Shown in pieces: positions 25,103 through 38,011 of a stretch of 64,000 bases of DNA (position 1 is its first letter; each line of letters begins with the position of its first letter). The stretch comes from Hemiscyllium ocellatum (Eukaryota). The notes beneath the pieces are model-generated. The model was not told where the DNA came from. It saw only the letters and a program-made list of their open reading frames with translations, and searched no databases. The stretch lies in assembly GCF_020745735.1 (NCBI RefSeq), contig NC_083409.1, positions 15,719,873 to 15,783,872 on the forward strand. The letters are read 5' to 3'. The position numbers were made by a program, and so were the translations under genes.

Positions 25103-26599
25103 CTGATGGACATGCAAGCAGGACGGGGGAGAGCGAAAGAAAGTGTCAGCTAGCGCTGATATTCATTTCTAAAATTGGACATTAACCTGCAGCTCAAAAT
25201 GTATAATTCTTACTTTTGAAATTCAACACTGTTTGGGTGATAATTTCACAACACAAACAAAATTCAGGGCAATGTCTCCTTGGCCCCTTCACACATCCTA
25301 GAACATTGTAGCACTACTGCATGTAAATAGGCTCAGTGCAGTTCATCAACACATTCAGAAGGATTTCCTCCAAGTTTGCTGACGCAATATTAGTCAAAAC
25401 CAACAACTTCAATCTGCAATGCTGCTCTTAAATAAAACTTCAGTCTGACACAGATTTCCCCACCCCACTGCAATTGGTAACCTGGCCCGGCCCAGGGGTT
25501 GGCACTGGGACATTTGTGGACTGTGATCTCAAAGGAAGCGTGCAAACAAAATTCTGATAGCCTGGTCCTCAAAGTTTGGGAAAAAGTTTGAGACCAGTCA
25601 GGTGCTATGCCTTCTTGTATTTAGCTCAACTGCATTTCCTATTTACACTACAGTGTTTTGTAAAGTGTAAAGAATTATGTGTTCTTTTGCTATGGTGAAG
25701 GATTTTTATCCTAGTTAATCACAGTTGCTGCCTCTCACTCCCCAAGTCAAATTATTAGGATTTGTAACAAAACAAAGAACTGCAGAAGCTGAACATCTGA
25801 ACCGAAGAAGCAAAGTGCTGGAGAAACTCAGCAGGTCTGACAGCATCTGTGAAGAGAAAGAAAAGTTATGTTTTAAGTTCACTAAATCTTCGTCTGAACG
25901 GACAACAGGTCACTGGACTTGAAACATATAATATCTTTTTCTCTTCAGTGATGCTGCTGGCATTTTCAATATTGAACTTTATTTATAAAACAGATCGGAA
26001 AAATACTCATCTGCAAAAGTGAAACAAAAGCGTAAACTTGAGCGTAGATTCCACACTTGAGTTACAGAAAGTCACCTCAGTTTAAAAACACGATTTAATT
26101 CAAAGTAGCATTCCATCCCAAAATGAGCCAAGTTACACCAGTAATAAAGCTCACCCAGCCAATTAGACACTTCTGCACAAAATCCTGTAGTGTTGGACAC
26201 AGCCACCTTTATCAAAGAATGACCACATGTCACAAAATTGTCGGCCTAGAGCATGTCTCTTTAAAGGAGCTGAAAACAAACTCTCAATTTTTACGAAGTT
26301 TTTTGATCATACCTAATTGAACACTTACATCTCAGAGAATAATCTTTGCTTTTTAAAAAATGTTTGTGGGACACATCCCACACCTTGCTAAAGGTTCGGT
26401 TAGGTCTGATCCATAGAGACAAAGGTCAAGCAAGCATCACACTTTCCATTCACTTCTACAAAGGGCTAGCATCACATTTCTTCAGGATTTAAAGAATTTT
26501 AGAAATTGTTTGTAAAATCAATGATCACATGAAAGAATTGGACAATAAATGTATGCGATAAGAGTGAAGCCTGCGACAGCAGATTTTTCTTTGGAGGGC

Positions 26600-27362
26600 A
26601 GTGTGCCCGCTTTCCAAATTCTGGGAGCAGATACATTTACAAGCTATATTGGCATACAGTCAAGTTTCTTACTGAACAGTGACAGGATTGGACAGAGTTG
26701 GCATGGATTTAAAAGAGGAGAATCATACTTAGCAAATCTACTGAAAGTTTGAGGATCTACCTAGTAGAATTGATAAGGGGCAACCCATGGGTGTTACTTT
26801 GACTTCAGAACTCTTTTGATCAGGTCCCACATAAGAAATTAGCATATAATGTAAGAGATCAGGGGTGGTGGGGGGGAATGTATTTGCATGGACAGAGCGC
26901 TAGTTGGCAGACAGGAAACAAAGAGCTGGAATAAACAGGCCATTTTCTGAGTGGCAGCCAGTGACCAGTGAGGTACTACAGGGATCAATGGTTCAAACCC
27001 AGTTATTCACAATATATACGAATGATTTAAATGAGGGAACTATTACTATTTCTAAGTTTGTGGGTGACACAAAGCTGGGTGGAAGGTAAACTGTGAGGAG
27101 GATGCAGAGATGCTTCAAGTGTGATTTACATAAGTTGAGTGATAAGGAAAATGCATGGCAGATGAAAGATAATTTTGATAAATGTGAGATTTTTTGGTTG
27201 CAAAAACAGACAGCGAGATTATCTGAATAGATTAGGAAAGGGAGAGTTACAACAAAGGGTGTCTTTGTACACCAGTCACTGAGAGTAAGCATGCAGGTGC
27301 AGCAGGTGGTGAAGACAAATGGTATGTTGGCCTTCATGGTGGGGTAGGCCAGAACCAGTGGT
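26600..27362 (+). mobile_element. Degenerate CR1 RT fragment running into the gap
   Basis: ORF 26904..27089 contains PVTSEVLQGSM...LFTIYTNDL...SKFVGDTKLGG. Confidence 0.85.
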
Positions 27363-27862
27363 NNNNNNNNNNNNNNNNNNNNNNNNNNNNNNNNNNNNNN
27401 NNNNNNNNNNNNNNNNNNNNNNNNNNNNNNNNNNNNNNNNNNNNNNNNNNNNNNNNNNNNNNNNNNNNNNNNNNNNNNNNNNNNNNNNNNNNNNNNNNNN
27501 NNNNNNNNNNNNNNNNNNNNNNNNNNNNNNNNNNNNNNNNNNNNNNNNNNNNNNNNNNNNNNNNNNNNNNNNNNNNNNNNNNNNNNNNNNNNNNNNNNNN
27601 NNNNNNNNNNNNNNNNNNNNNNNNNNNNNNNNNNNNNNNNNNNNNNNNNNNNNNNNNNNNNNNNNNNNNNNNNNNNNNNNNNNNNNNNNNNNNNNNNNNN
27701 NNNNNNNNNNNNNNNNNNNNNNNNNNNNNNNNNNNNNNNNNNNNNNNNNNNNNNNNNNNNNNNNNNNNNNNNNNNNNNNNNNNNNNNNNNNNNNNNNNNN
27801 NNNNNNNNNNNNNNNNNNNNNNNNNNNNNNNNNNNNNNNNNNNNNNNNNNNNNNNNNNNNNN
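27363..27862. other. Assembly gap (500 N)
   Basis: Exactly 500 N, a round number typical of a scaffolding placeholder. Confidence 1.
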
Positions 27863-29842
27863 AGTCCTTCTCTAATGAGATTGTGGGTCTAGATTAGCAC
27901 CATCTTGTCAAGATGAGAGTGGTACTGGTGGAGCACAGCAGGTCAGGCAGCATCTAAAGAGCAGAAAAATTCAACCTTTCGGGCAAAAGCCTTTCATCCT
28001 CGGATGCTGCCTGACCTGCTGACAACGCCAGCAATCACTCCTAATCTTGACTCTGATCTCCAGCAATTGCAGTACCTCCACTGCTCCATCTACCATGTTC
28101 TCAAGGACAATTAGGGAAGGGCAATAAATGACAGCCCACATTTATGTAAACACCCACATTCCATGAATGAACAAAAAAAAAATACTCAAAGCTCATTGAG
28201 CACCAAGGAACTCCATTTTAATTCTAAACTCCTCAATAAACATTTTTTAAATGACTCCTCGGCTGGCCAAAATTTATTGACTGATCCGAGTTGCTTTTGA
28301 GAACCTGGTGAGCTATCTTTTGTAACCAATGCAGTCCATGTGTTGTATGTAGACCCACAATGCCCTTATGGAAGGCATTCCAGGGATGTAATACAGCAAT
28401 CCTGAAGAATCAGTGATATTTTTCTAAATCAGAATGGTGCGTGGCTCGGAGGGGCTTTTGCAAGTGTCAGTCCTGTGTATCTGCTGTTCTTGTCCTTCTA
28501 AAGCTAAATGGTCATAGATTTGGGAGGATCTGGCTAAAGATCTTTGAATTTTATACGATGCATCTTGTAGATTGTACACACTGCTGCTACTGAGTGGGGG
28601 GGTGGTGGAGGGCCTGGCTGCTTGCGGATGTGGTGCCAATCAAGTGGGCTCCTTTGTCTTGGATGGTGTCGAGCTTTTAGTGTGTTACTGGAGCTGCACT
28701 CATCCAGGCAAGTGAGGCCTATTCCATCAGACTCCTGACTTGTGCTTTGTACTCGGTGGATTTGCTATGGGGATCAGGAGGTGAGTTATACACAACAGTA
28801 TTCCAAGCCTCTGACCTGCCCTTGTAGCCCACAATATTTAAATAATCAGTCCAGATGAGTTCTGGTCCATGTTAATCCCCATGATGTTCATAGTGGAGGA
28901 TTCAGTGATGGTAACACCATTGAATGCCAAGGGCCATTGATTAAATATTCTGAGAGTTATAGCGTTGTATAGCTCAGAAACAGACCCTTTGGTTCAACTT
29001 GTCCTTACTGACCAGTTATCTGAGATAAAATCTAGTCCCACTCACTAGCATTTGGCCCATTTTCCTCTAAAAACCTTCCTATTCATATACTCATCCAGAT
29101 GCCTTATAAATATCTTTTTACAGTCGCCCCTCAGCCTCCGATGCTGCAGGGAAAATAGCCCCAACCAAATCACCCTCTTCCTATAGCAGAAACCCCCCAA
29201 CCCTGGCAATATCCTTGTAAAGCTTTGCATAACCCTTTGAAGATTCACAAAATCCTTACGAAAGCAGGGAGTCCAGAATTGCACACGGTATTCTAAAAGA
29301 GGCCGAATCATGTTCATGTACAGCCTCAAATATGATGTTTCAACTCCTAAACTCAATACTTTGACCAATAAATGCAAGCATAACAAACACCGCCTTCACA
29401 ATCCTGTCTATCTGTGATTCCACTTTCAAGGAATGATGAACATACATTCCAAGGTCTCTTTATTCAGCAACACTCCCCAGGCCTTTACCATTGAATGTAT
29501 ACGTCTTGCCCTGATTTGCCTTTACAAGATGCAACACTGTCCACTACACCTCCAATTTTGGTGTCATCTGCAAACTTACTAACCATACTATGTTCCATGT
29601 TCACATCCAGATCATTGATATGAACGACAAAAAGCAGTGAACCCAACACCGATCCTTGTGGCACACCACTGGTCACAGGCCTCCTACTGGAGATGGTCAT
29701 TGACTGGCAGTTTTGGTGCAAAACTTACTTGCCTCTTGCCACTCCATCCTGCATATTGTCCAGATCTTGTTGCCTTTGAACATAACCCCTCAGATACTGA
29801 GTCTATGAATGGTACTGAATATTGCGCAACCATCCGCACTTC
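27863..29842 (-). repeat. Segmental duplication copy 2 (inverted copy of 17700-19771)
   Basis: End matches: agtccttctctaatgagattgtgggtctag is the reverse complement of 19742-19771, and aaccatccgcacttc is the reverse complement of 17700-17714. It carries a private ~170-bp insertion (~27920-28095) and a deletion in the CR1 part. Confidence 0.9.
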
Positions 29843-31064
29843 AACGTTTTGGGCAAAATCCCTTCATCAGGAATAGAAGTAGGGTGCCTGCAGAGTGGAG
29901 AGATAAATGTGAGGGGTTGGGGAGAAAGTAGCATAGAGTACAATAGGTGAATGGGGTGGGGATGGAGGTGATAGGTCAGAGAGGAGGGTGGAGTGGATAG
30001 GTGGAAAGGAAGATAAGCAGGTAGGACAGGTCATGAGGATGGTGCTGAGGCTGGAACATTGGAGCTGGGGTGAGGTGGGGAAGGGGAAATGAGGAAGCTG
30101 GTGAAATCCACATTGATGCCATGGGATTGAAGTGTTCAGAGGCGGAAGATGAGGTGTTCTTCCTCTAGATGTTGGGTGTTGAGGGAGCGGCGGTGGAGGA
30201 GGCCTAGGACTTGCATGTCCTCGGCAGAGTGGGAGGGGGAGGTGAAATCTTGGGCCACAGGGCAGTGGGGTTGATTGGTGTGCTTGTCCCAGAGATGTTC
30301 CCTAAAGCGCTCTGCAAGGAGGTGTCCAGTCTCCCCAATATGGAGGAGACTGCCTCGGGTGCAACGGATACAATAAATGATATTGATGGATGTGCTGATA
30401 AAAATTTGATGGGTGTGGAAGGCTCTTTTGGGGCCTTAGATGGAGGTGAGGGAGGAGGTGTGGGCAGAGGTTTTGCAATTCCTGCGGTGGCAGGGGAGGG
30501 TGTCAGGAAGGGAGGGTGGGTTGTTGGGGGACGTGGACCTGACCAGGTAGTCATGGAGGAAACGGTCTTTGAGGAAAGCAGGAATGGGTGGGGAGGGAAA
30601 TATATCCCTGGTGGTGGAGTCCGTTTGGAGGTGGCGGAAATGTCGTCGAATGATGTGGTTTATGCAAAGGTTGGTAGGGTGGAAGGTGAGCACCAGGGTG
30701 ATTCTGTCCTTGTTACAGTTGGAGGGGTGGGGCTTGAGGGCCGAGGGTCGGATGTGGACGAGATGCGTTGGAGCGCATCTTTGACCACGTGGGAAGGGAA
30801 ATTGTGGTCACTAAAGAAGGATGCCATCTGGTGTGGTGGTGTGGTTCTGTGGTGAAACTGGTCCTCCTGGGAGCAAATATGGTGGAGGCGGAGGAATTGG
30901 GAATACGGGATGGCATTTTTGCAGGAGGTAGGTTGGGAAGAGGTGGAACCCTCGGTGTCGGTAGATTTGTAAAAAATGTCAGTGTCAAGTGGGTCATCAT
31001 TAATGGAGATGGAGTGGTCCAGGAAGGGGAGGGAGGTGTCAGAGATGGTCCAGGTGGTCATTAA
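29843..31064 (-). mobile_element. Penelope-like retroelement, 3' part (RT C-terminus, GIY-YIG endonuclease, terminal region)
   Basis: Piecewise minus-strand translation gives LPFLD..I, DIFYKSTD, CKNAIPYSQFLRL..IC, CHRRNCKT and NIIYCIRCTR...HIGETG...RFREH. The element ends in a decayed hammerhead motif. Confidence 0.88.
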
Positions 31065-31280
31065 TGGAAATCTGTTTGGAATCTTGTAACCTCCAATGAT
31101 TCCAGATCAAAGGGATCATTTGAAAGTGATTGATGATTGGCTGTCAGTATCCTCTACAACGGATGTGTCATTGATTGACAGGCGAATAGCCAATTGTGAC
31201 AATGCCATGCTGAAATGTAGCCAATCAGCTGAATGGAGTGGTCAATCTCCAAAGGACACAGAGACTGAATCTTCTTCATC

Positions 31281-31286
31281 TTTATT
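31281..31286 (-). promoter_or_regulatory. Candidate polyadenylation signal (AATAAA) of the light-chain transcript
   Basis: tttatt on the plus strand, about 520 nt downstream of the C stop codon. It is the first such hexamer I found. Confidence 0.55.
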
Positions 31287-31806
31287 CCCTTTTCCAGATT
31301 GACATTGACAGAAAACAGTCAGCAATTAACAGCCCAGACAGAGGAAGCTGCTCAAATTCACAGCCACAATGGAGCTTGAGGAAAACACTTGTGGAGGTTT
31401 TCTCAATAGCACGAGAACCCTGTCCCTTCAAACAGTGACAAAACCTTAAATTGGAACTGGCGACTGAGCAGGAAGGAGATCTGGTTTACTGAAACAGAGA
31501 CTTCTGAGGTTCACATTGCTTTGTACAGCTCTTTAGCAACTTCAAGAGATTTTACTTGGCATCTCAAGTCAACTCTGTCCCCATCAAACACTCCCAGAAC
31601 AGGGACAGCATGGGGTTTGACACAGCGTAAAGCTCTGTCTACTCTGTCCCAATGACATGCCATAACCCCTGAACCTCAGAAATGTCTCTGAGCCGGTCCT
31701 GAGAAGGAAGAGAGTTGAAATTCAGTGCTGACAATGACCTTTGTCCTGCCAGCTCAGCCCTGTTCTATTTAAAGTTGTGTCTCCTCTGTGGACTGTCTCC
31801 GATACT

Positions 31807-32135
31807 CTACACACATTCTGATCTCCTGATGCTCTTGCTGAGGGGAGAGGGGAGGGTCACGTGGGTGAGGGCACAGGAGAAGCGAGCGTCGGACTCCCAG
31901 TCAGACCCAGAGAGGGTCAGCAGGCTGCTGACACTGTAGGTGCTGTCCGAAGCTCGCAGGTAGTTGCTGGTCTGAACCCCGTCTGAAATGACTGCACCGT
32001 CCTTCTTCCACTGCACCTCCAGCTCATCGGGATAGAAGTGATTGGCAAGGCACACCAGGGTGGCAGTGCCCTTGGCATTGACCTGCTCCGGGGAGGGGGG
32101 CAGCAGGGTCAGCTTGGGCTGAGAGTTGTCACCAC
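31807..32135 (-). CDS. IGKC: Ig light-chain constant exon (kappa/NS4-like), intact
   Basis: ttgtctttcag|(S)GDNSQPKLTLLPPSPEQVNAKGTATLVCLANHFYPDELEVQWKKDG...DSTYSVSSLLTL...FSCALTHVTLPSPLSKSIRRSECV*. Both C1-set cysteines, the Trp and the penultimate interchain Cys are present. Confidence 0.97.
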
Positions 32136-34429
32136 CTGAAAGACAAGAGAAACAATTTTAATCCCTGTTATTCGAAGGGATTTTAACTCTCTGAACATTC
32201 ACTGGCAAGACAATCCATTTGAACATTTGTAGCCAATACCTAACAAACCCCAGTAAAGAACAGGCATTGTTCAAATTGCTTCTTGGGATGTGAGTGTCAC
32301 TGCTAGGATCAGCATTCATTGCCCATCCCTAATCACCCAGAGGGCAATTTAGAGTCAACCACATCGCTGTGGGTCTGGAGTCACATGGTGAGGATGGCAG
32401 TTTCCTTCCCTAAAGGACATCAGGGAATCAGATGTTTTTTTCCTGACAATCAACAATTGTTTCATGGTCATCATTAGACTCTTAATTGCAGATTTTAAAA
32501 ATTGAATTCACATTCCACCATCTGCTGCGGCAGGATTCTAACCCTGGCCCCCAGAACATTAATCTGGATCTCTGGATGAACAGCTCAGCAATAGTACCAT
32601 TAAATCATCACCTCCTTTATCTGATTTTTAGTTGCGAGTGAAAGCAAGAAGTTTGTTTCTGAACAGGGTGCTTAGGAAAAGTACAACTGAAAGACTCCCA
32701 ATTCATCCCAAAAAAGATTAGTTCCTTGAAAGTGGAGTTGCAGGTAGGTAGGGGGGTGACGAAGTCATTTGGCATGCTTTCCTTTATTGGGCAATGCATT
32801 GAGTATTGGAGTTGGGAGCTGTTGCACCTGTACAGGACATCAGTTTGGCCCCTTTTGGAATACTGTGTGGAATTCTGGCCTTCCTGCTTTAGGAACATTG
32901 TTGGGAACATTAAAATGGTTCAGAAAAGATTTCCAAGGATGTTGCCAAGTTGGAGGGTTTGTGCGATCAGGAGAGGCTGAATAGGCTGAGGCTATTTTCC
33001 CTGGATCGCTGGAGGCTGAGGGATGACCATATCGAGGTTTCTAACATCATGAGGGGCATTGATCAAATGAAACAAGAAGATATTTTGCTCAGAGTGAAGG
33101 ATATGGGCCAAATGCTGACAAATGGGACTAGATTAATTTAGTTTATCTGGTCGGCATAGATGAGTTGGACAGAAGGGTCTGTTTCTGTGCAGTACATCTC
33201 TCTGACTCTATGACTCTATGTCTCTGTGGCTGGCATGGATGAGTCAGATCAAAGAGTCTGTTTCTAATTGTGACTCTAATTGTGTTTCAGTCAAGCCCTC
33301 AGCACCTCAGGCTCTCCCAAAACATTTACATTTTGTTTGAAAACCAGTCAATTTTGCAATTTCAGGAATGGGCAGACAATTTCTACACAGCAAGATCCCA
33401 CTGGAAGCAATGAGATCAAAGAGCATTCTTCATGATTTTGGTTCAAGGATAAATATTGTCCTGAACTCAACCCAAAGAGAAAGTAATTTGGTTCAGTTGG
33501 ATGGAAATTGAGAAAACGGAAGGGAAAGGAGAAGGTAGGATTGTAGTTAGTGATGGGATTGATTGTTACCAGAAAATAAAAGGAAGGGACAGGAGTTTTG
33601 AATATCAAAGGGATCATAAAAGTGCAGGGAAATCAATAATAGATCAAACTTAAAGACTTTGTGTCTAAATGCACGAAACATTTCGAGTAAGGGAGAAAAA
33701 TGATGTCACAAATCCAGGTAAATGTCTTCAAGGCCGAGATTGATAGATTCTTGTTGTCTCGAGGAATTAAGGGCTGCGGGGAGAACGCTGGTAAGTGGAG
33801 TTGAAATGCCCATCAGCCATGAGTGAATGGCGGAGTGGACTCGATGGGCCGAATGGCCTTACTTCCACTCCTATGTCTTATGGTCTTATGGTCTTATAAA
33901 TTGAGTTTCCAAGGAATTTAAACTAGTTAAAGTGGAGGAGGGCTCTGGAGAGATTATTCAAGATTCTAGAAGATGTAAAAGGACAGAGAGTGTGGAAAGG
34001 ATCAGGTATCGAACGTAAAGCACAGCAGATAAGAGGACAATGATGGGAAGGAGGGCAGTCAATGCAGGACTGAGGGTGTTGTACTTAAATGCACACAATA
34101 TACACAATGAGCTTGTAGTGCAGATTGAAACTGGCAGGTACGATGTTGTGGGTATCACAGAGACATGGCTGTAAGGGGATCCGGGCTGGGAACTAAATAT
34201 CCAAGGATACATTTCCATCAAAAGGACAGGGAGATGGGCAGGGGGGAAGAGTTGGCTTGTTAGTAAGAAATGACTTTAAATCAATAGCAAGAAATGATAC
34301 AGTCAGAAGGTGTAGAATCTGTGTGGGCAGAGTTGAGGAACCCAAGAAATAAAGAATCTGATGTAAGTTATGTTCAGGTCTCCAAGCAGTAACCAGGGTG
34401 TGGGGAAGAAAATCAATCAGGAGACAGAA

Positions 34430-34770
34430 AAGGGTAAGAACAATGACTGCAGATGCTGGAAACCAGATTCTAGATTAGAGTGGTGCTGGATTGGTACAGC
34501 AGTTGAGGTAGCATCCGAGGAGCAGGAAAATCAACATTTCAGGTAAAAGCCCTTCATCAGGAATAAAGGCAGACAGCCTGAAGGGTGGAGAGAAAAATGA
34601 GAGGAGGGTGGGGCTGCGGACAAAGTAGCATAGAGGACAATAGTTAAGTACAATAGGGGGTGGGAGGGTGGAGTGGATAGGTGCAAAAGAAGATAGGCAG
34701 GTAGGACAAGTTATGGAGACAGTGCTGAGCTGGAAGTTTGGAACTGGAGACAGAAAAGCCAAATACAAAA
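34430..34770 (-). mobile_element. Short Penelope-derived element with a decayed hammerhead motif (34529-34565)
   Basis: Similar to the 3' end of 29843-31064. Minus strand reads AUUC-CUGAUGA-A-GGGC UUUU ACCU-GAAA-U-GUU-GAUU. Confidence 0.75.
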
Positions 34771-37028
34771 TGTTATGCAGACTTCAATGGATAGGTGGAC
34801 TGGGTAGAGCATCTCAACAAAAGGATTTCATGGAATGTCTATGAGATGGTTTTTGAAACAGCTTGTGGTTGATCATTTGGAACAGGCAGTTTTGGATTCA
34901 GTGATGGGTAATGAGGCAAACTTGGTTAGTGAGCTGAAAATGAAAGTATCCCTCTGGATAAGTGACCATAATACGATAGAATTCCCCCTGCAGTTTGAGA
35001 GGGAGAAGCTGCAATCAGATGGAACAAGATTTCAATTGAGTAAAGGGAACGACAAAGACATGAGGAAGGAGCTGGCCAGAGTTGATTGGAAAGGGAGCCG
35101 AGCAGGTAAGATGGTGGGGCAGCAAATAGCAGGGCTTCTGGGGGTAATTCAGGAAGCAGAGCAGGAATTCATCCTGAAAAAGAAGGCACAGACTAAGGGG
35201 TGGACAAGGCAACCATGGCTGATGAGGGAGGTCAAGAACAGCATAAAAACAAAAGGAAAATGCATACAATGTGGTGGAAAATAGTGGGAAGCCAGAGGAT
35301 TAGGAAGTCTTTAAAAACTTGTAGAGGATAACTTAAAAAAAAACATTCAGGGGACAGAAGGTGAAATGTGGGAGAAAGCGAACCAGTAATATAAAAGAAG
35401 ATCGCAAGAGTTTCATCAGATATATAAAAAGGAAGAGGGAGGCAGAAATAGACATTGGAAAAAGAATAATAGGAAAATGAAGAAAAAGCCGAGGAATTGA
35501 ATACATACATGACATCAGTCTGCACAATGGAAAACATCAGCAGTGTCCCAGTACTTCAAGACTGTCAGGGGTCAGAGGTGAGTGTAGTGGCCATCACTAA
35601 GGAGGAGGTACTGGGGAAGCTGGAAGGTCTGAGTGTGGATAACTCACCCAGACTGGATGAATTACACCAGTGTGTTCTTAAGGAGATCACCGAGGAGATT
35701 GTGGGGACATTGATTCCTGAAAGATCATCACCAATGGAGTCAGGGTGTGGAGGTATTTTCTAAATAAGGAACGCCTTTGGAGATCTAAAGCACAAACCTT
35801 ATTCAGGTTTCTCTTAAGGTTAACAGGCAGATGCAGTTTGTGCTTGGGAAGGAAAATGAAATGTTTGCATTCATTTCAATAGTGCCAGAATACAAGGGCA
35901 GAGATGTACTGCTGAGGCTGTGTAAGGCTCTGGTCAGACTGAATTTGGAATATTGTGAGCAGATTTAGGATCCATATTGTAAGAAACAATGTGCTGGCAT
36001 TGGAGGGGTTTACAAGAATGATCCTGGGGATGAAGGGTTTGTCATATGAGGCATTGTTGAGGACTCTGGGTCTGTACTCAATGGAGTTTAGAAGCATGAG
36101 GAGGGACCTTATTGAAATTTACAGAATACTGATAGGCCTGGATAGAGTGGATGTGGAGAAGATGTTTCCAAAAACAGGAGAGACGAGGTAACCAAGGCAC
36201 AGCCTCAGAATGAAGGGCCGACCCTTTCGAGCTGAAATGAGGAGGAATTTCTTCAGCCAGAGGGTGGTGAATCTGTGGAACTCATTGTTACAGAGGGTAG
36301 GGAGGCCAAGTCACTGAGTGTATTAAAGACAGAGATAGATAGGTTCATGTTTGTAAAGGGGATAGAATGTTCCTGTGGAGTAGGCAGGAGAATGGGGGTG
36401 AGAAGCATATCTGCCAAGGTCAAATGGCAGAGCAGATTCCATAGGCTGAATGGCTGATTTCTGCGCCTATTACTTAAAGTCTTCTGGAGAATTTCCCCAA
36501 AACCCCGGAACACTGAACCCACTGGACTGTGAGCCCTGCTGTAGCTGTTTGTCATCAGAACTCTGCAAAGAGATAATCCAAGAGTGGAAAGAGTGTGCAT
36601 CCATGTGGGAACTTCAGAATGTTTCCCCGGTCCTGGAATACCATGAGCACAGGAAGTGAGGTCAGTGACAGCAGTTGGAACTCCGGGTTTCGGAGCTTGA
36701 GCAGCAGCTGGTGTCAGTGAGGAACGTCCGTGAGGCTGAGAGCTCCGTGGAGAGCACGTTTCTAGATGTGGTCACTCTGCAGCTTCAGAATATGCAGGGA
36801 GAGAGGGAATGGGGAAGCAGCAGACAGTCCAAAAGTCCCCTGAGTGCATCCCACTCTCCAACCAGGATTCAGTTCAGAATCCTGATGAGAATGTTGAGAA
36901 TAGGGGTCTTTAGTTTCTGAATATAGTTTGGGGTAGCAGCAGTGTAATGGGCAGAGAGGGGCCAGAGTTGCGAGAGTGTGTTCAGGTGAATTTTCAGGAG
37001 GCATCGGTGGCTTTGTGATGGTTCCGGT

Positions 37029-37339
37029 GGGGCAGCACGGTGGCTCAGTGGTTAGCACTGCAGCCTCACAGTACCAGGGTCCCAGGTTCAATTCCAGCCT
37101 TGGGTGAGTGGAGTTTGCACATTCTCCCTATGTCTGCGTGGGTTTCCTCCGAGTGCTCTGGTTTCCTCCCATGGTCCAAAGATGTGCAGGTCAGGTGAAT
37201 TGTCCATGCTAAATTGTCCATAGTGTTAGATGATTTACAGAGAGGGAAATAGGTCCGGGTGGGTTACTCTTCGGAGGATCGGTGTGGACTTGTTGGGCCG
37301 AAGGACCTGTTTCCACACTGTAGAGAATCTAATCTAATT
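37029..37339 (+). mobile_element. tRNA-derived shark SINE (HE1-like)
   Basis: A-box tggctcagtgg, B-box-like ggttcaattcc, conserved core and (AATCT)n tail. Confidence 0.85.
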
Positions 37340-37743
37340 AGTGGCAGCGAAGAAGGCTGTCTAAGAATACAATGGAATCTTGACCAACTGGGCCAGTGGG
37401 CTGAGGAATGGCAGATGGAGTTTAATTCAGATAAATGTGAGTGCTATATTTGGGTAAGACACAAGACGTGGGTGAGATCCCAAACAAATATTTCAGGTCA
37501 GTATTTGTTATGGAGAAAGCTAGGGAATTTGTAAAAATAGTGATGACTTGAAAAGAGACCACACACAAATGAGGAGATGCAAAAGATCTTAAAACACATA
37601 AAGGTAGATTAACCCTAGGACCTGATCATGTGTATCCCAGAACAGTGTGGGAAACTGGGGAAGAGATTGCTGGGCCCCTTGCTGAGATATGTGTATTACT
37701 GACAACCATGGGTAAGGTGCTAGAGAACCAGAGAGGTTGGCTA

Positions 37744-38011
37744 ATTAGATTAGATTAGATTAGATTACTTACAGTGTGGAAACAGGCCCTTTGGCCCAAC
37801 AAGTCCACACCGACCCCCCAAAGCACACCCTCCCAGACCCATTCCCCTACATTTACCCCTGCACCTAACACTACGGGCAATTTAGCATGGCCAATTCACC
37901 TAACCTGCACATTTTTTGACTGTGGGAGGAAACCAGGGCACCCGGAGGAAACCCAAGCAGACTCCGGGAGAATGTGCAAACTCCACACAGTCGGTTGCCT
38001 AAGGCGGGAAT
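37744..38011 (-). mobile_element. tRNA-derived shark SINE (HE1-like), 5'-truncated, inserted in a CR1
   Basis: (TTAGA)n tail and the reverse complement of the 37029 body. Confidence 0.85.

Noticed and set aside
27319-27897. 192-aa ORF in the track
   Set aside because: Artefact of reading through 500 N.
30211-30855. 214-aa Gly/Val-rich plus ORF
   Set aside because: Antisense shadow of the Penelope ORF.
37029-37100. tRNA gene
   Set aside because: The A/B-box head continues into a SINE core and tail repeated five times in the window, and there is no complete cloverleaf.
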